NCBI GenBank assembly: GCA_020725645.1
Contig: DYEQ01000031.1
Coordinates: forward strand, 6,062-70,061
Length of the DNA stretch: 64,000 nt
Source of the DNA: Candidatus Fermentithermobacillaceae bacterium
GTDB lineage: Bacteria > Bacillota > Sulfobacillia > Fermentithermobacillales > DUSS01
Direction of reading: 5' to 3'
Below, piece by piece: positions 1 to 10,791 of the stretch (within the stretch, counting starts at the first letter, position 1; each line of letters begins with the position of its first letter). The position numbers and the translations under genes are program-made. The notes beneath the pieces are model-generated. The model was not told where the DNA came from, did no database searches, and worked only from the letters and a program-made list of their open reading frames with translations.

Positions 1-41
1 TGCATCAGATGGAGCGGGCCGCCGAGCAGCTCTCCTAGTAT

Positions 42-176
42 AAAAGGCAAGAACGGGGGTCAGCCGCCAACCGGAACAGCTGGAAACTCAGCTCGCCCGG
101 TCGCACCTTGCGACGGGTCGTTGTAGGGTGAAGCTCCAGCTGACCCCCTTGTTCATGGTACCGGCGGGAGGATTCG
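42..176 (-). other. tRNA 3'-end fragment followed by a long hairpin (att-site-like scar)
   Basis: Minus strand 176-156 reads CGAATCCTCCCGCCGGTACCA (T-loop end, acceptor 3' strand, CCA). No tRNA 5' half is present upstream. It is followed by GAACAAGGGGGTCAGC...GCTGACCCCCGTTC and TTTT. Confidence 0.5.
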
Positions 177-467
177 CTCTGGCTACCTCCTGCCCGGATA
201 GGTAGCTGCCCAGCGTCCCTTGTCTCAAGTTCTGGCGTTCGAATCTGCGGAAGACGAGTATACCGAGGCACAGCAGTAGAGCTGAGCAGCCCGCGAATAA
301 CCACAGCGGGATGCTGGTCGTACCGGCCGATTCCGGAAGGAGTGCGCGCGGAGTCCGTATGAGCCCTTGAGTGAATGGAAAGAACCTAAATAGCGTTCAT
401 CTCCAGCGAACTCGCAGCCGTCCGGAAGAAAGTTGCCTTGCCCTGATGAGTCGGCCGACCCCGTCCT

Positions 468-1625
468 TCACACGAGGTAATCTTTCAATTTCCTCGACCT
501 TACCGGGTGCCTGAGCTTCCTCAACGCTTTGGCCTCGATTTGCCGTATCCTCTCCCTGGTGACTCCGAACTCCCGACCCACCTCTTCGAGAGTCCGCGCC
601 CGTCCGTCGTCGAGGCCGAAACGCAGCCTCAAGACCTTCTGCTCCCTGGGGTTCAGCGTGTCGAGAACCTCCTCGATTTGTTCCCTCAACAGGAGAAAGG
701 ACGCCGCGTCGGCCGGTGCCGGCGCGTCTTCATCTTCTATGAAGTCTCCAAGGTGGCTGTCTTCCTCTTCACCGATGGGCGTCTCGAGAGACACGGGCTC
801 CTGCGCCACTTTCAGGATCTCCCTTACCTTCTCCGCGGAAATCCCCATTTCCTCTCCGATCTCTTCGGGGGTTGGCTCCCGCCCGAGCTGCTGCAAAAGA
901 TGTCTGGAAGTCCTCACCAGTTTGTTTATGGTCTCGACCATGTGCACCGGAATCCTGATGGTCCGGGCCTGGTCTGCAATCGCCCTGGTGATGGCCTGCC
1001 GGATCCACCACGTTGCATATGTGCTGAGCTTGTACCCTTTCCGGTAATCGAACTTTTCCACGGCTTTGATGAGACCCATGTTGCCTTCCTGAATTAGATC
1101 CAGGAACAACATACCCCGTCCCACGTACCTCTTGGCGATAGACACCACCAGCCTCAGGTTGGATTCGATAAGGCGCTTCTTCGCCTCTTCGTCTCCAGCT
1201 TCCATCCGCTTGGCAAGCTCCACTTCTTCCTCGGGTGTGAGGAGGGGAATCCGTCCGATCTCTTTGAGATACATTCGAACGGGGTCGTCCAGGGCGATAC
1301 CTTCGGGAACGGTGAGGTCTACCGTATCATCCGAAAGCTCCACTTCAACAGCGTCTTCGTCCCTCACTGCCTGCGCCGAAAGAGCGGACCTCCCCTTGGC
1401 GCGGATCGTCTCCGAACGAGTCTTTTCCGGCGCCTCGATTGCTTCGTCCACGACAGTGATGCCCATGTCATGTAGAGCTGCGTAAACGTCGTCCACCTGC
1501 TCCGGGGTAAGATCGGCCTTTTCCAGAGCGTCAATAACCTGCTGGTAGGTAAGAACCCCGCTGTTCTTGCCCTGCTCGATCAAGTTCTTCAGTTGCTCCA
1601 TACCAGGTAGTGCTTCTTTCAACAC
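468..1625 (-). CDS. rpoD: Primary RNA polymerase sigma factor SigA/RpoD
   Basis: [53 protein letters not shown] and [17 protein letters not shown] motifs; lies downstream of dnaG. Confidence 0.98.
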   Translation of the reverse strand: MLKEALPGMEQLKNLIEQGKNSGVLTYQQVIDALEKADLTPEQVDDVYAALHDMGITVVDEAIEAPEKTRSETIRAKGRSALSAQAVRDEDAVEVELSDDTVDLTVPEGIALDDPVRMYLKEIGRIPLLTPEEEVELAKRMEAGDEEAKKRLIESNLRLVVSIAKRYVGRGMLFLDLIQEGNMGLIKAVEKFDYRKGYKLSTYATWWIRQAITRAIADQARTIRIPVHMVETINKLVRTSRHLLQQLGREPTPEEIGEEMGISAEKVREILKVAQEPVSLETPIGEEEDSHLGDFIEDEDAPAPADAASFLLLREQIEEVLDTLNPREQKVLRLRFGLDDGRARTLEEVGREFGVTRERIRQIEAKALRKLRHPVRSRKLKDYLV

Positions 1626-1662
1626 TTCCCCCTCCTGCGGGACCGCGCCCTTTCAGCCGGTC

Positions 1663-3588
1663 TCAACCAAGGCCCCTTCTAAGCTCCTGGATTTCCTTGA
1701 GAAGCAGCGCCTGCCTCTCCACGTCGCGGGAAGCTTCGCACTTTTTGAGCTCAACTTCGAGTTCCAAGCTTCTCGCCTTCTTGATAGTCTTTACGTAATC
1801 TCTGACCAGACGTTCGCGAGGGCCCGGAAGCTCCTCCCCGACCAGAAGCGCTGCTATCCTGGCCCTGGCTTCTTCGTCGTCTATAGAATCGTTTACGAAA
1901 TTCAACAGCGTTGCCGGCTTGATGCCGGGTCTCTCCCGGCTTTTCTTTTCAACACCCTTTTCCACCAATTCGAAGATTATCTCCAGCGTCCGTCTGTACA
2001 CCGGATCCTTAACCATTTCCGGAGCGATGCATTCTCGCACTTCGACCGCGAGGTCTGGTTCCTCGAGAAGAGCTCGAACCAGCCCTTGCTCCGCCTTTTC
2101 GCGTCCTGCGATTTGCCTATTTAAGAGCCCTTCACCGGAAACCGTACTGCGTTTGGCTCGAGCGCCGTATTCGGTTGTGCTTTGTTCGGTGGTACTGCCG
2201 GCTCGGATGATGGAATTGCCGGCGATACCAGGTCTACCCGTCACGCCATGTTGGGTAGTATTTCTGTTTTCAGACTTTTTATACTCATACCGAGTTTTAG
2301 CATTCTTTTTCTGATAGGATTCGACGTCCGCTCTAAGATCCCCCTCCAGAACACCCATAGCCGAGGCGATCTCCTTTACAAACTCTCCCATTTCGACCTT
2401 GCTTTCGAGGGATCCTAGAACTGGTACGATTTTCTCTTTGATGGCCACCCGGTCCCCGCCGCATTCCCGGGCGTATTTCCCGTATAGGAACATGATATCC
2501 GGTCGAGCTTTTTCGAGTTCCCGCTCAAACGTTTCTCTGCCTCTCGACCGTATGTACTCGTCCGGGTCCTTTCCTTCCTCGAAGGAAGCTACCTTAACCC
2601 TGCCCCCAGCTTCTCGAAAGACCGTTATCGCCCGTTCCACCGCCTGCATCCCCGCGGCGTCGCTGTCGTAAGCCAGCACCACCTCGCTGCCGAGCAGGAA
2701 CAACGCGCGAGCCTGGTCCGCCGTGAGGGCGGTCCCCATTCCCGCCACGGCGTTGTCGAGACCGTACTGGTGGCACGCGATCACATCCATGTAGCCCTCC
2801 ATGACGACGGCCCTACCCGTCCGCCTTATGCCTTCTCTGGCCAGGTGCAGCGCGTACCAGTGTTTCCCTTTGTGAAACAGCGCCGTATCGGGGCTGTTCA
2901 GGTACTTCGGCTCCCCCTCCTTCAAGACCCTCCCTGCGAAGCCGACGACTCTCCCCATTCCGTCCCAGATGGGAAAAATCACCCTGTCCCGGAAGCGGTC
3001 GTAAAAGCCCCCCCCGGACCTCCTGGTCAAGAGACCCGCTTCCGCCAGCGCTTCCTCGGAAATCCCGTCGTTGTGCGCCGCCCTCAAAAGAAAATCCCAG
3101 AACGGCGGCGCGTATCCCAACCGGAAACGGGAGATCACTTCCTGGGTAAGACCCCGGGACCGGAGGTATTCCATGCACTCCTTTCCAAGGTCGCTCCCGA
3201 GGACGGACCGGAACTTTTCTTCTGCCCATTCCAGCGCCTTCCGCATTTCCTGAAGTTTTTGAGCTGACCCCGTTTCCGCGGCCATCCTGCTGAGCTTCAC
3301 TCCCACGCGGTCCGCCAGGACGCGGAGAGCTTCCCCGAAAGTCAGGTTCTCCTTCATCATCAGGAAAGAGAACACGTCCCCGCCCTTACCGCATCCGAAA
3401 CAGTAAAACATCTGTCTGTCGGGCGAAACGGTGAAGGACGGGGTTCGCTCCTGGTGGAAAGGACAGAGGCCCACGAAGTTTTTCCCGGCCTTTCTGAGAG
3501 ACACGTACTCGGAGATGACCGAGACTATGTCCGTCCTGGACCTAACCTCTTCCACCCCTTCGCGACCGGCGAAGAGTTCCCTTGACAT
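1663..3588 (-). CDS. dnaG: DNA primase
   Basis: Zn finger CPFH..CFGC, DRFRDRVIFPI, PKYLNSP, Toprim EGYMD and YDSD, KDPDE. Confidence 0.97.
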   Translation of the reverse strand: MSRELFAGREGVEEVRSRTDIVSVISEYVSLRKAGKNFVGLCPFHQERTPSFTVSPDRQMFYCFGCGKGGDVFSFLMMKENLTFGEALRVLADRVGVKLSRMAAETGSAQKLQEMRKALEWAEEKFRSVLGSDLGKECMEYLRSRGLTQEVISRFRLGYAPPFWDFLLRAAHNDGISEEALAEAGLLTRRSGGGFYDRFRDRVIFPIWDGMGRVVGFAGRVLKEGEPKYLNSPDTALFHKGKHWYALHLAREGIRRTGRAVVMEGYMDVIACHQYGLDNAVAGMGTALTADQARALFLLGSEVVLAYDSDAAGMQAVERAITVFREAGGRVKVASFEEGKDPDEYIRSRGRETFERELEKARPDIMFLYGKYARECGGDRVAIKEKIVPVLGSLESKVEMGEFVKEIASAMGVLEGDLRADVESYQKKNAKTRYEYKKSENRNTTQHGVTGRPGIAGNSIIRAGSTTEQSTTEYGARAKRSTVSGEGLLNRQIAGREKAEQGLVRALLEEPDLAVEVRECIAPEMVKDPVYRRTLEIIFELVEKGVEKKSRERPGIKPATLLNFVNDSIDDEEARARIAALLVGEELPGPRERLVRDYVKTIKKARSLELEVELKKCEASRDVERQALLLKEIQELRRGLG

Positions 3589-3639
3589 AACACCGCCCCG
3601 AGGCTGCGTACATTCTCACTACAGGGTAACCTTGACGTC

Positions 3640-3666
3640 ATTCGCCGCGACTTCCCGAATTCCTTC
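3640..3666 (-). promoter_or_regulatory. Candidate sigma-H promoter for dnaG-rpoD
   Basis: GAAGGAATT-N11-GGCGAAT matches the RNAGGAWWW-N11/12-RNNGAAT consensus. The B. subtilis dnaG-sigA operon has sigma-H promoters. Confidence 0.55.
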
Positions 3667-3715
3667 CGGTGGAACGTCGAATCGACATGGCATATTATGC
3701 AAGCAAACCGTCCCC

Positions 3716-6361
3716 TCATTTTCCTTCGAAAATCGCGGCGTGAGCTGCGGCCAGCCTCGCCACGGGCACCCGGTACGGAGAGCACGATACGTAGTCGAGT
3801 CCCGCCTTATGACAGAACCGGATGGACTCGGGGTCTCCCCCATGCTCGCCGCATATCCCGATGACCAGCGAGGGTCTGGTCTTACGCCCCAGTTCGACGG
3901 CCATTCTAATGAGCTTTCCGACCCCATCGCCATCGAGAACCTGGAATGGATTCTCCTTAAGGATCTTCGCTCCCAGGTACTTATGCAGGAACTTGGCCTC
4001 GGCATCGTCCCGGGAGAAGCCAAAAGTAGTCTGGGTCAGATCGTTGGTGCCGAACGAGAAGAATTCGGCGTACTCCGCGATTTCGTCTGCGACCAGGGCA
4101 GCCCTGGGCACTTCGATCATAGTGCCGATGACCGGCTTGAGGTCGACCCCCATCTCCTGAGATACCTCCCGGGCCGCCTTCTCCGTCATCTCCCGGAGGA
4201 TCCTCATCTCCTCCTTGTGTCCGACAAGAGGCATCATCACTTCTGGATGCACGTCGGTTACCCCATCTTTTAAGAGGCGAGCGGTGGCGCGAAAGATAGC
4301 TTTGCACTGCATTTCGTATATTTCAGGGTACACGATCCCGAGCCTGCATCCCCTCATCCCGAGCATGGGGTTGAGCTCCTGAAGCGCCCGAGCTTTCCTC
4401 AAAACGTCCTCGATTCTTTTGATCTCTTCGGAAGGCGCTCCAGTCCTGCGCTTTTCCGCGAGCTCCAGGACCAGTTCCTCGACGTCTGGCAGAAACTCAT
4501 GAAGCGGCGGGTCGAGAAGTCGGATCGTCACAGGATATCCCCTCATAGCCTTGAGGATCTCATAAAAGTCCTGCTCCTGCATGGGAAGGATTTTGTCCAG
4601 CGCCGCCTGCCTTTCCTCGGGCGTTTCCGCCAGGATCATCTCCTGCACCACCGGGAGTCTGTCCGAGGCCATGAACATGTGCTCCGTCCGGCACAATCCT
4701 ATTCCCCGCGCCGCGAATTCTCTGGCTCTCCTGGCATCCTCGGGTGTATCGGCGTTGGCCTTCACGCTCAACCGGGCGAATTCGTCCGCCCATTCCAGGA
4801 TCTTGAGCATGGATTCGCTCATCGATGGCTCCACCAGGGGAACTTCTCCGAGATACACGTTGCCGGATGCTCCGTCTACGGACACTACGTCCTTTTCCCG
4901 CAGGACGAGCTCACCTACGCGAGCTTCTCTCTTCTCCGGGTCGATCTTAAGAGCGTCACAACCTACCACGGCGGGTTTCCCCATCCCTCTAGCCACTATA
5001 GCTGCGTGACACGTCATGCCGCCCCTCGAGGTGAGGATGCCCTGGGCGTAAACGATACCGTGCATATCATCGGGAGTGGTCTCCGTCCTGACCAGGATGA
5101 CCTTCTCGCCTTTCTGGCCCAGGGCCTCGGCGGTGTCCGCGTCGAAGACGACCCCTCCTGTGGCCGCTCCGGGCGAGGCCGGAAGGCCGACCGCCACGGG
5201 GCTCATCTTCAGAGACGGGTCGATGCCGCGATGTAGAAGCCTGGCGATTTCATCGGGCGAAACCCGTGCAACCGCTTCTCTTTTGTCGATCATCCCTTCT
5301 TCCGCCATCGAGCGGGCTATCTCGACGGATGCTTTCGCAGTACGCTTTCCGGACCTGGTTTGAAGTACGTAGACCTTCCCCCGTTCGATGGTGAACTCTA
5401 TGTCCTGCATGTCCCGGTAGTGCTTTTCCAGAATCTCCTTCACCCTCAGGAGCTCGCGGTAGGCGCCGGGGAGCTCTTGTTCCATTTCCCGGATGGGTCT
5501 GGGCGTCCTGAGGCCGGCTACCACGTCCTCCCCTTGGGCATTGACCAGGTATTCACCGTAAAGCTCCCTTTCGCCGGTGGACGGGTTTCTTGTGAACATC
5601 ACACCGGTGGCGGAGTCCGGTCCCATGTTTCCGAACACCATCGCCTGGACGTTGCACGCGGTACCGAGGTCGTCGGGGATCTTATGTATTTTCCTGTAGA
5701 CCTGCGCCCTTTCGTTGTTCCATGATTCGAATACAGCTTTGACCGCCATCAGAAGCTGCACACGAGGATCGTCGGGAAACTCCTTCCCCGTTTCCGCCCG
5801 GACGATGGACTTGAACTCATTGGAAAGGTCGCGAAGAGACTCCCACGGAATCTCGTAATCGTTCCGGACCCCCAGGAGCTCCTTCCTCCGGCCCAGCGCG
5901 TGCTCGAAACGATCGTGGGGAATGTGCAATACCACGTTACCGAACATCTGGATGAAGCGGCGATAGCAGTCGAAGGCGTGCCTTTTATCCCCGGTGGCCC
6001 GGGCGAGACCTTCCACCGTGTCGGGGTTGAGCCCCAGGTTGAGGATGGTGTCCATCATTCCTGGCATGGAAATGGCGGCTCCCGACCGGACCGACACCAA
6101 AAGTGGGTTTTCCCGTCCACCGAACTTCTTGCCCGTCTTCTTCTCCAGCCCGGACATGTATTGCATTATGTCTTCTTCAAGGCCATCCGGAAGCTCTCCG
6201 TATCCTACGTATTCGAGACAGGCCTCTGTAGTGATGGTAAAGCCCGGAGGCACCGGAAGACCGATACGGGTCATTTCGGCAAGACCGGCCCCCTTGCCTC
6301 CCAAAAGCGATCTCTTGTCCTCTCCTCCCTCTTCAAACCAATAGATAAACTTACGAGGCAT
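3716..6361 (-). CDS. ppdK: Pyruvate, phosphate dikinase
   Basis: LLGGKGAGLAEM, PLLVSVRSGA, phospho-His motif GGMTCHAAIVARG, GIGLCRTEHM, FSFGTNDLTQ, ICGEHGG. Confidence 0.98.
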   Translation of the reverse strand: MPRKFIYWFEEGGEDKRSLLGGKGAGLAEMTRIGLPVPPGFTITTEACLEYVGYGELPDGLEEDIMQYMSGLEKKTGKKFGGRENPLLVSVRSGAAISMPGMMDTILNLGLNPDTVEGLARATGDKRHAFDCYRRFIQMFGNVVLHIPHDRFEHALGRRKELLGVRNDYEIPWESLRDLSNEFKSIVRAETGKEFPDDPRVQLLMAVKAVFESWNNERAQVYRKIHKIPDDLGTACNVQAMVFGNMGPDSATGVMFTRNPSTGERELYGEYLVNAQGEDVVAGLRTPRPIREMEQELPGAYRELLRVKEILEKHYRDMQDIEFTIERGKVYVLQTRSGKRTAKASVEIARSMAEEGMIDKREAVARVSPDEIARLLHRGIDPSLKMSPVAVGLPASPGAATGGVVFDADTAEALGQKGEKVILVRTETTPDDMHGIVYAQGILTSRGGMTCHAAIVARGMGKPAVVGCDALKIDPEKREARVGELVLREKDVVSVDGASGNVYLGEVPLVEPSMSESMLKILEWADEFARLSVKANADTPEDARRAREFAARGIGLCRTEHMFMASDRLPVVQEMILAETPEERQAALDKILPMQEQDFYEILKAMRGYPVTIRLLDPPLHEFLPDVEELVLELAEKRRTGAPSEEIKRIEDVLRKARALQELNPMLGMRGCRLGIVYPEIYEMQCKAIFRATARLLKDGVTDVHPEVMMPLVGHKEEMRILREMTEKAAREVSQEMGVDLKPVIGTMIEVPRAALVADEIAEYAEFFSFGTNDLTQTTFGFSRDDAEAKFLHKYLGAKILKENPFQVLDGDGVGKLIRMAVELGRKTRPSLVIGICGEHGGDPESIRFCHKAGLDYVSCSPYRVPVARLAAAHAAIFEGK

Positions 6362-7178
6362 CTTTTCCCCGGCCCCCCTCGATGATTTGAATGACGGTGG
6401 CGGCGGTTTCCTCCACCGCCTTTTCAGTGACGTCGATTACGGCACAACCGAGTTTCTTGAATACTTCCTCGGCGAAAGCGACCTCCTCCAAAATCCGCCC
6501 CAGGTCGGCGTAGGTGGAGTTTTCGTCGAGCCCCAGGGATTTCAACCTCTCCTTCCTCACCTTGGACAGCCTCTCGGGCGCCAGGGTCAGGCCGATCAGT
6601 TTTTCTCTGGAAAGCGCGAAGAGCTCCGCAGGAGGCTCTATCTCTGGCACCAACGGTACGTTGGCGACCTTGTACGTCCTTTGCGCGAGATACAGCGACA
6701 GCGGCGTTTTGGACGTCCTCGACACCCCCACCAGAACCACGTCAGCCAGGGGAAGCGACCGCAAATCCTTGCCGTCGTCGCATTTTACCGCGAACTCAAC
6801 CGCCTCGACGCGGCGGAAGTACTGCTCATCCATGCGATGAACTAAGCCCGGTTTGAGTTTGGGTCGAGCTCTCATAACGCTGGACAGAGCTTCGAGCATC
6901 GGTCCCATGATGTCGACGGCCACGAGCCCAGCTTCCCTTGCCCTTCTGGAAACGTGTTCACGGAGTTCCGGAATAACCAGGGTGTATACGAGGACTCCTT
7001 CGGACCGGGTCGCTTCGTCGATGACCCTGTCCGCCGCCTCGCGGGTTAAGATGTAACCGAACTTCCTGAGGTCCACTCCCCCTGCGTTGAACTGAGAAGC
7101 AGCGGCTCTTACAACGAGTTCGGCGGTCTCACCCAGGGAATCCGACAACACGTAAACCACCGGCTTCTCCTCCTCCAT
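6351..7178 (-). CDS. PPDK/PEP synthase regulatory kinase-pyrophosphorylase (DUF299, YqfL-like)
   Basis: SDSLGETAE and DVVLVGVSRTSKTPLSLYLA motifs; adjacent to ppdK. Confidence 0.93.
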   Translation of the reverse strand: MEEEKPVVYVLSDSLGETAELVVRAAASQFNAGGVDLRKFGYILTREAADRVIDEATRSEGVLVYTLVIPELREHVSRRAREAGLVAVDIMGPMLEALSSVMRARPKLKPGLVHRMDEQYFRRVEAVEFAVKCDDGKDLRSLPLADVVLVGVSRTSKTPLSLYLAQRTYKVANVPLVPEIEPPAELFALSREKLIGLTLAPERLSKVRKERLKSLGLDENSTYADLGRILEEVAFAEEVFKKLGCAVIDVTEKAVEETAATVIQIIEGGRGKDAS

Positions 7179-7273
7179 CTCGCTTTATCCCCCCTTAGGC
7201 GTCAGAAACGCTACTCTGCTGCATCCCGTCATCTCCCGTACCAGTGTCACCTTTTGTTCCGCCGCAAACTCCG

Positions 7274-9406
7274 TCAAGAAACGGTCTCAAGCGGCAGGAC
7301 ATGGGAGAAATCGCCATAAAGCGAGAACAGCGCGGACACTCTGTTCAAAAGGGCAAGCCTGTTTTCCCTCAGCTTCTCGTCATCCGTCATAATAAGGACC
7401 TCGTCAAGGCACTTGTCGATGGCAGGTCTCAGCGACGCGAGAAACTCGAGGTACCCCCGGAAATCCCCTTTCTCGAACAAGAGACGACCCGCCGCCTCCT
7501 TTCGTTCCAGTTCGTCGTAGAGAGCTATCTCCGCGGGCTCGGTGAGGAGATCGCGGGAGACTTGAGTACTTCGCGCATTTTTCGCGAGCACGCTTGAACG
7601 CCTGAAACCGACGATTAGGTCCCCGAATAGGGGGAGCGTGACAAACTCTGACAACGCCTTGGCCTTCTCCAGGGCCGCGGTAAGGTCCCTAAGGGCACCT
7701 TCCAGAACCGTCCGGATGACCTCTACTTTGAACCCTCTTTCAGACAGATAAGTCTCAAACCTCGATGCCATAAAAGCCCTAAGCTCGTCTTTTGCGTCTT
7801 CCTTCGGGTTGGGGACAGCTTCTTCGGCAAGGCCAAGGCAAAACTCCAGCGCCCGGTCGAGATCGACCCGCATTTCGTGCCCGGTTATTATCGCCACGGC
7901 TCCGGAACCGAACCTCCTGAGCCCGTACGGGTCTTGCGAACCGCTGGGCGATATCCCCAAAGCGAAAGCTACCGCCAGCGTGTCGAGTTTATCAGCTAGA
8001 GCTACCAGCGACGGAATACCCGGGTCCGGAAGAGGATCGCCGGCGCCCCGGGGCAGGTACTGGCAGGACAGTGCGCGACACACTTCCCTGGGATAGCCTT
8101 GGGACTCGGCGTAGTGTCCGCCCATCACCCCCTCGAGCTCGGGAAGCTCCCTCACCATCGCGGTGGTGAGATCGCATTTGGAGAGCGTGGAAGCGAGGTT
8201 CGCCCGCTCCCGCTCCTCTTCGGACAGTTTGAGTTCGCCGGCCAGATAACCCACGATCTTCTCGAGCCTCAGAGTCTTGTCGTAAAGCGTCCCCGCCCCT
8301 CTCAGGAAATAGACCCCTTTGAGGGATTCAAGCCTCTCAACCAGGGGTACTTTTAAATCCTCCCGGTAAAAGAACACCGCATCCTCGAGCCGCGCCCGCA
8401 GCACCCACTCGTTTCCTTCCCTGACCGTCTGGATCCCCTCGACCGGATCGCCGTCCCTCACCCCCACGAAATGCGGTAGGAGTTTTCCCGGGGAGTCCTC
8501 CACCGGGAAGAACCGTTGATGATGCTTCATGACGGTGGACAGAACCTCCACGGGAAGGACCAGGAACTCCCGGTCGAAGCTCCCGAGGAACGGGGCGGGG
8601 TGCTCCGAAAGGCAAGTGACCTCCTCCAGGAGTGCATCATCCTTTACCGGGTGACCGCCGGCGGTGGCGGCGACCTCTCGAGCCCGGCGGAGGATGATCT
8701 CCCTTCTCTCGGCTATGCTCGGAACCACCCCCATATCCCTCGCGACGGCGAAATACTCTCCCGCAGTCGGTACATCCCGCGAGCCGGGGTGGAGGGTCCG
8801 GTGGCCCCACGTAGTCCTGCCGGCCCGGACTCCCGCTATTTCCACCGGGACTACGTCTTCCCCGTACAGGCAGACCACCCACCTTATTGGCCGGAAGAAA
8901 CGGTGACCATTCCAGCGAAGAGGACGGGGGCAGGTCAGTCCCAGCACGACGCCGGGTAGGGTTTCTCGAAGAGCTTCCGCTACGGGGATTCCAGGGTTAA
9001 CTTTCACTGCGTAGACGTATTCGCCGGACCTGTCAGCCTCCACCACGACCTGGTCGGGAGACACCCCCTGTGACTTGCAAAAGCCCAGGAGAGCCCGGGT
9101 GGGCGCACCCGACTGGTCGTAGGCCACTTTTTTGGACGGGCCCCTCACTTTGACTTCCACGGGCCTCGTCAAAGGTTGAACGTCGTAGGCATATAGGACG
9201 AGCCTCCTTGGGGTACCGAAGGTCGCCAAAGTACCGGAGACAATCCTCGAAGTCAAAAAGGCCTCTTTTGCTCTCTCACCAAGTTCTTCGACGGCGCCAG
9301 GCAGGTACCTGGCAGGAATTTCTTCGACCCCTACCTCCAGCAGGAGATCCCGGGGGAGGTCCGGCTGACCAGCCGGTTTCCTCATCTCGTCGCGCTCTGG
9401 ACTCAC
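7274..9406 (-). CDS. glyS: Glycine--tRNA ligase beta subunit
   Basis: [47 protein letters not shown]. Start placed at GTG 9406, overlapping the glyQ stop (GTGA). Confidence 0.95.
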   Translation of the reverse strand: MSPERDEMRKPAGQPDLPRDLLLEVGVEEIPARYLPGAVEELGERAKEAFLTSRIVSGTLATFGTPRRLVLYAYDVQPLTRPVEVKVRGPSKKVAYDQSGAPTRALLGFCKSQGVSPDQVVVEADRSGEYVYAVKVNPGIPVAEALRETLPGVVLGLTCPRPLRWNGHRFFRPIRWVVCLYGEDVVPVEIAGVRAGRTTWGHRTLHPGSRDVPTAGEYFAVARDMGVVPSIAERREIILRRAREVAATAGGHPVKDDALLEEVTCLSEHPAPFLGSFDREFLVLPVEVLSTVMKHHQRFFPVEDSPGKLLPHFVGVRDGDPVEGIQTVREGNEWVLRARLEDAVFFYREDLKVPLVERLESLKGVYFLRGAGTLYDKTLRLEKIVGYLAGELKLSEEERERANLASTLSKCDLTTAMVRELPELEGVMGGHYAESQGYPREVCRALSCQYLPRGAGDPLPDPGIPSLVALADKLDTLAVAFALGISPSGSQDPYGLRRFGSGAVAIITGHEMRVDLDRALEFCLGLAEEAVPNPKEDAKDELRAFMASRFETYLSERGFKVEVIRTVLEGALRDLTAALEKAKALSEFVTLPLFGDLIVGFRRSSVLAKNARSTQVSRDLLTEPAEIALYDELERKEAAGRLLFEKGDFRGYLEFLASLRPAIDKCLDEVLIMTDDEKLRENRLALLNRVSALFSLYGDFSHVLPLETVS

Positions 9407-10290
9407 GAAACTCGACCACCTTTCAAGAGGGGAAAGCCCGTCGACTCCCTCCAGGCCAGGTACTTTTCGGCGCATTTCCGCGTCAGGGCTCTCACCCGGG
9501 CGATGTATCTCTGTCTTTCCGCCACCGACAACGCGCCCCGGGAATCCAACAAGTTAAAAACGTGAGAGCACTTTAATGCATAATCGTACGCCGGCATAAC
9601 GAGGTCCTTTTCGATTATCCTCGTACACTCTCCTTCATACGAATCGAATAAGTTTCTCAGAAGCTCTACGTCAGCCAGCTCGAAACCGTAAATGGACTGT
9701 TCCTTTTCTGAGTGCTTGAAGAGCTCGGCGTACGTTATCCCCGGCGCAACCTCGAGGTCCCAGACGTTGTCGAGCTTCTGAACATAAGCAGCGAGCCGCT
9801 CGAGGCCGTAGGTGATTTCGCAGGACACCGGGTCGAGCTCGATTCCTCCCATCTCCTGAAAGTAGGTGAACTGGGTTATCTCCTGTCCGTCGAGCCATAC
9901 TTCCCAACCAAGCCCCGAAGCTCCCAAGGTCGGCGACTCCCAGTTATCCTCCACCAGCCGGATGTCGTGATCCTTTCGCTCTATCCCCAGGGCCTCGAGG
10001 GAGTGAATGTAGGTCTCGATGATGTCGGGAGGAACGGGCTTCAAGATGACCTGGAACTGGAAGTAGTACCCCATACGGTTGGGGTTTTCCCCGTATCTCG
10101 CGTCCTGCGGCCTTCTCGAAGGCTCCACGTATGCCACTTTCCAGGGTTCGGGCCCGAGCACCCTGAAGAAAGTCATCGGGTTCATGGTACCGGCACCCTT
10201 TTCCACATCGTAAGGTTGGGCCACGTAACACCCTTGCTGCGCCCAGAAATCCTGGAGTTTGAATATAAGATTCGTCAAATCGAGTACCAA
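9403..10290 (-). CDS. glyQ: Glycine--tRNA ligase alpha subunit
   Basis: [44 protein letters not shown]. Start placed at TTG 10290 after AAGGGGG. Confidence 0.96.
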   Translation of the reverse strand: MVLDLTNLIFKLQDFWAQQGCYVAQPYDVEKGAGTMNPMTFFRVLGPEPWKVAYVEPSRRPQDARYGENPNRMGYYFQFQVILKPVPPDIIETYIHSLEALGIERKDHDIRLVEDNWESPTLGASGLGWEVWLDGQEITQFTYFQEMGGIELDPVSCEITYGLERLAAYVQKLDNVWDLEVAPGITYAELFKHSEKEQSIYGFELADVELLRNLFDSYEGECTRIIEKDLVMPAYDYALKCSHVFNLLDSRGALSVAERQRYIARVRALTRKCAEKYLAWRESTGFPLLKGGRVS

Positions 10291-10374
10291 GTCATCGATC
10301 CCCCTTGCGTGTTTCCGTGCTTGTCCAATGGCAAAGTTTAAAACCCTGGAGGAGCGGATCCCGCCGGCATTCAC

Positions 10375-10791
10375 CTAACCGCCGGTTCCCCCGGGAGAAG
10401 CGGTTTCTTCCAGCTTCTTCGGAGCGTGTACGTCCACAGTGAGACAGCCCATCATGATGGCCAAACACGACAGGGCGCACAACCAGGGAGACATGACCGA
10501 GCTCACTACGCAAAGGGTAACGGGGATCTCCATGAGCGCTTCCCCATCTTTGGAAATCACCACTTTGCTTTGGTTGCCCTTGTTTATCAGCTCGGCTAAC
10601 TGCCGGAGACCTCCGGCCAGGCCGCGGGCGATGGCGTCTCGCCGCGATACCCTCGTTTCCTCCAGCTTGATGAGGGCCGCTACCACGTCACCCCCGCACG
10701 CATCTAAAGCTTCCTTAGCCTCCTTGTAGCTCGAGCGGGTGCGCCTTCTCAGGGCATCTATTTTCTCCAGCGTTTCGTCCATGTCCTTCAC
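10375..10791 (-). CDS. DUF4342 protein with N-terminal UBA-like helix bundle
   Basis: LEKIDALRRRT..SYKEAKEAL...GDVVAALI then KGNQSKVVISK..EIPV; usual recO-glyQ neighbour in Clostridia. Confidence 0.75.
   Translation of the reverse strand: MKDMDETLEKIDALRRRTRSSYKEAKEALDACGGDVVAALIKLEETRVSRRDAIARGLAGGLRQLAELINKGNQSKVVISKDGEALMEIPVTLCVVSSVMSPWLCALSCLAIMMGCLTVDVHAPKKLEETASPGGTGG

Noticed and set aside
35-304. 89-aa minus-strand ORF
   Set aside because: No recognisable motif or SD, and it runs across the tRNA fragment and hairpin.
442-465. CTGATGAG followed by GTCG/CGAC, resembling a hammerhead ribozyme core
   Set aside because: No GAAA after stem II and no stem I/III partners.
10291-10374. Expected glyQS T-box
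   Set aside because: The gap is only 84 bp, with no GGTGGNACC T-box or stem I motifs.
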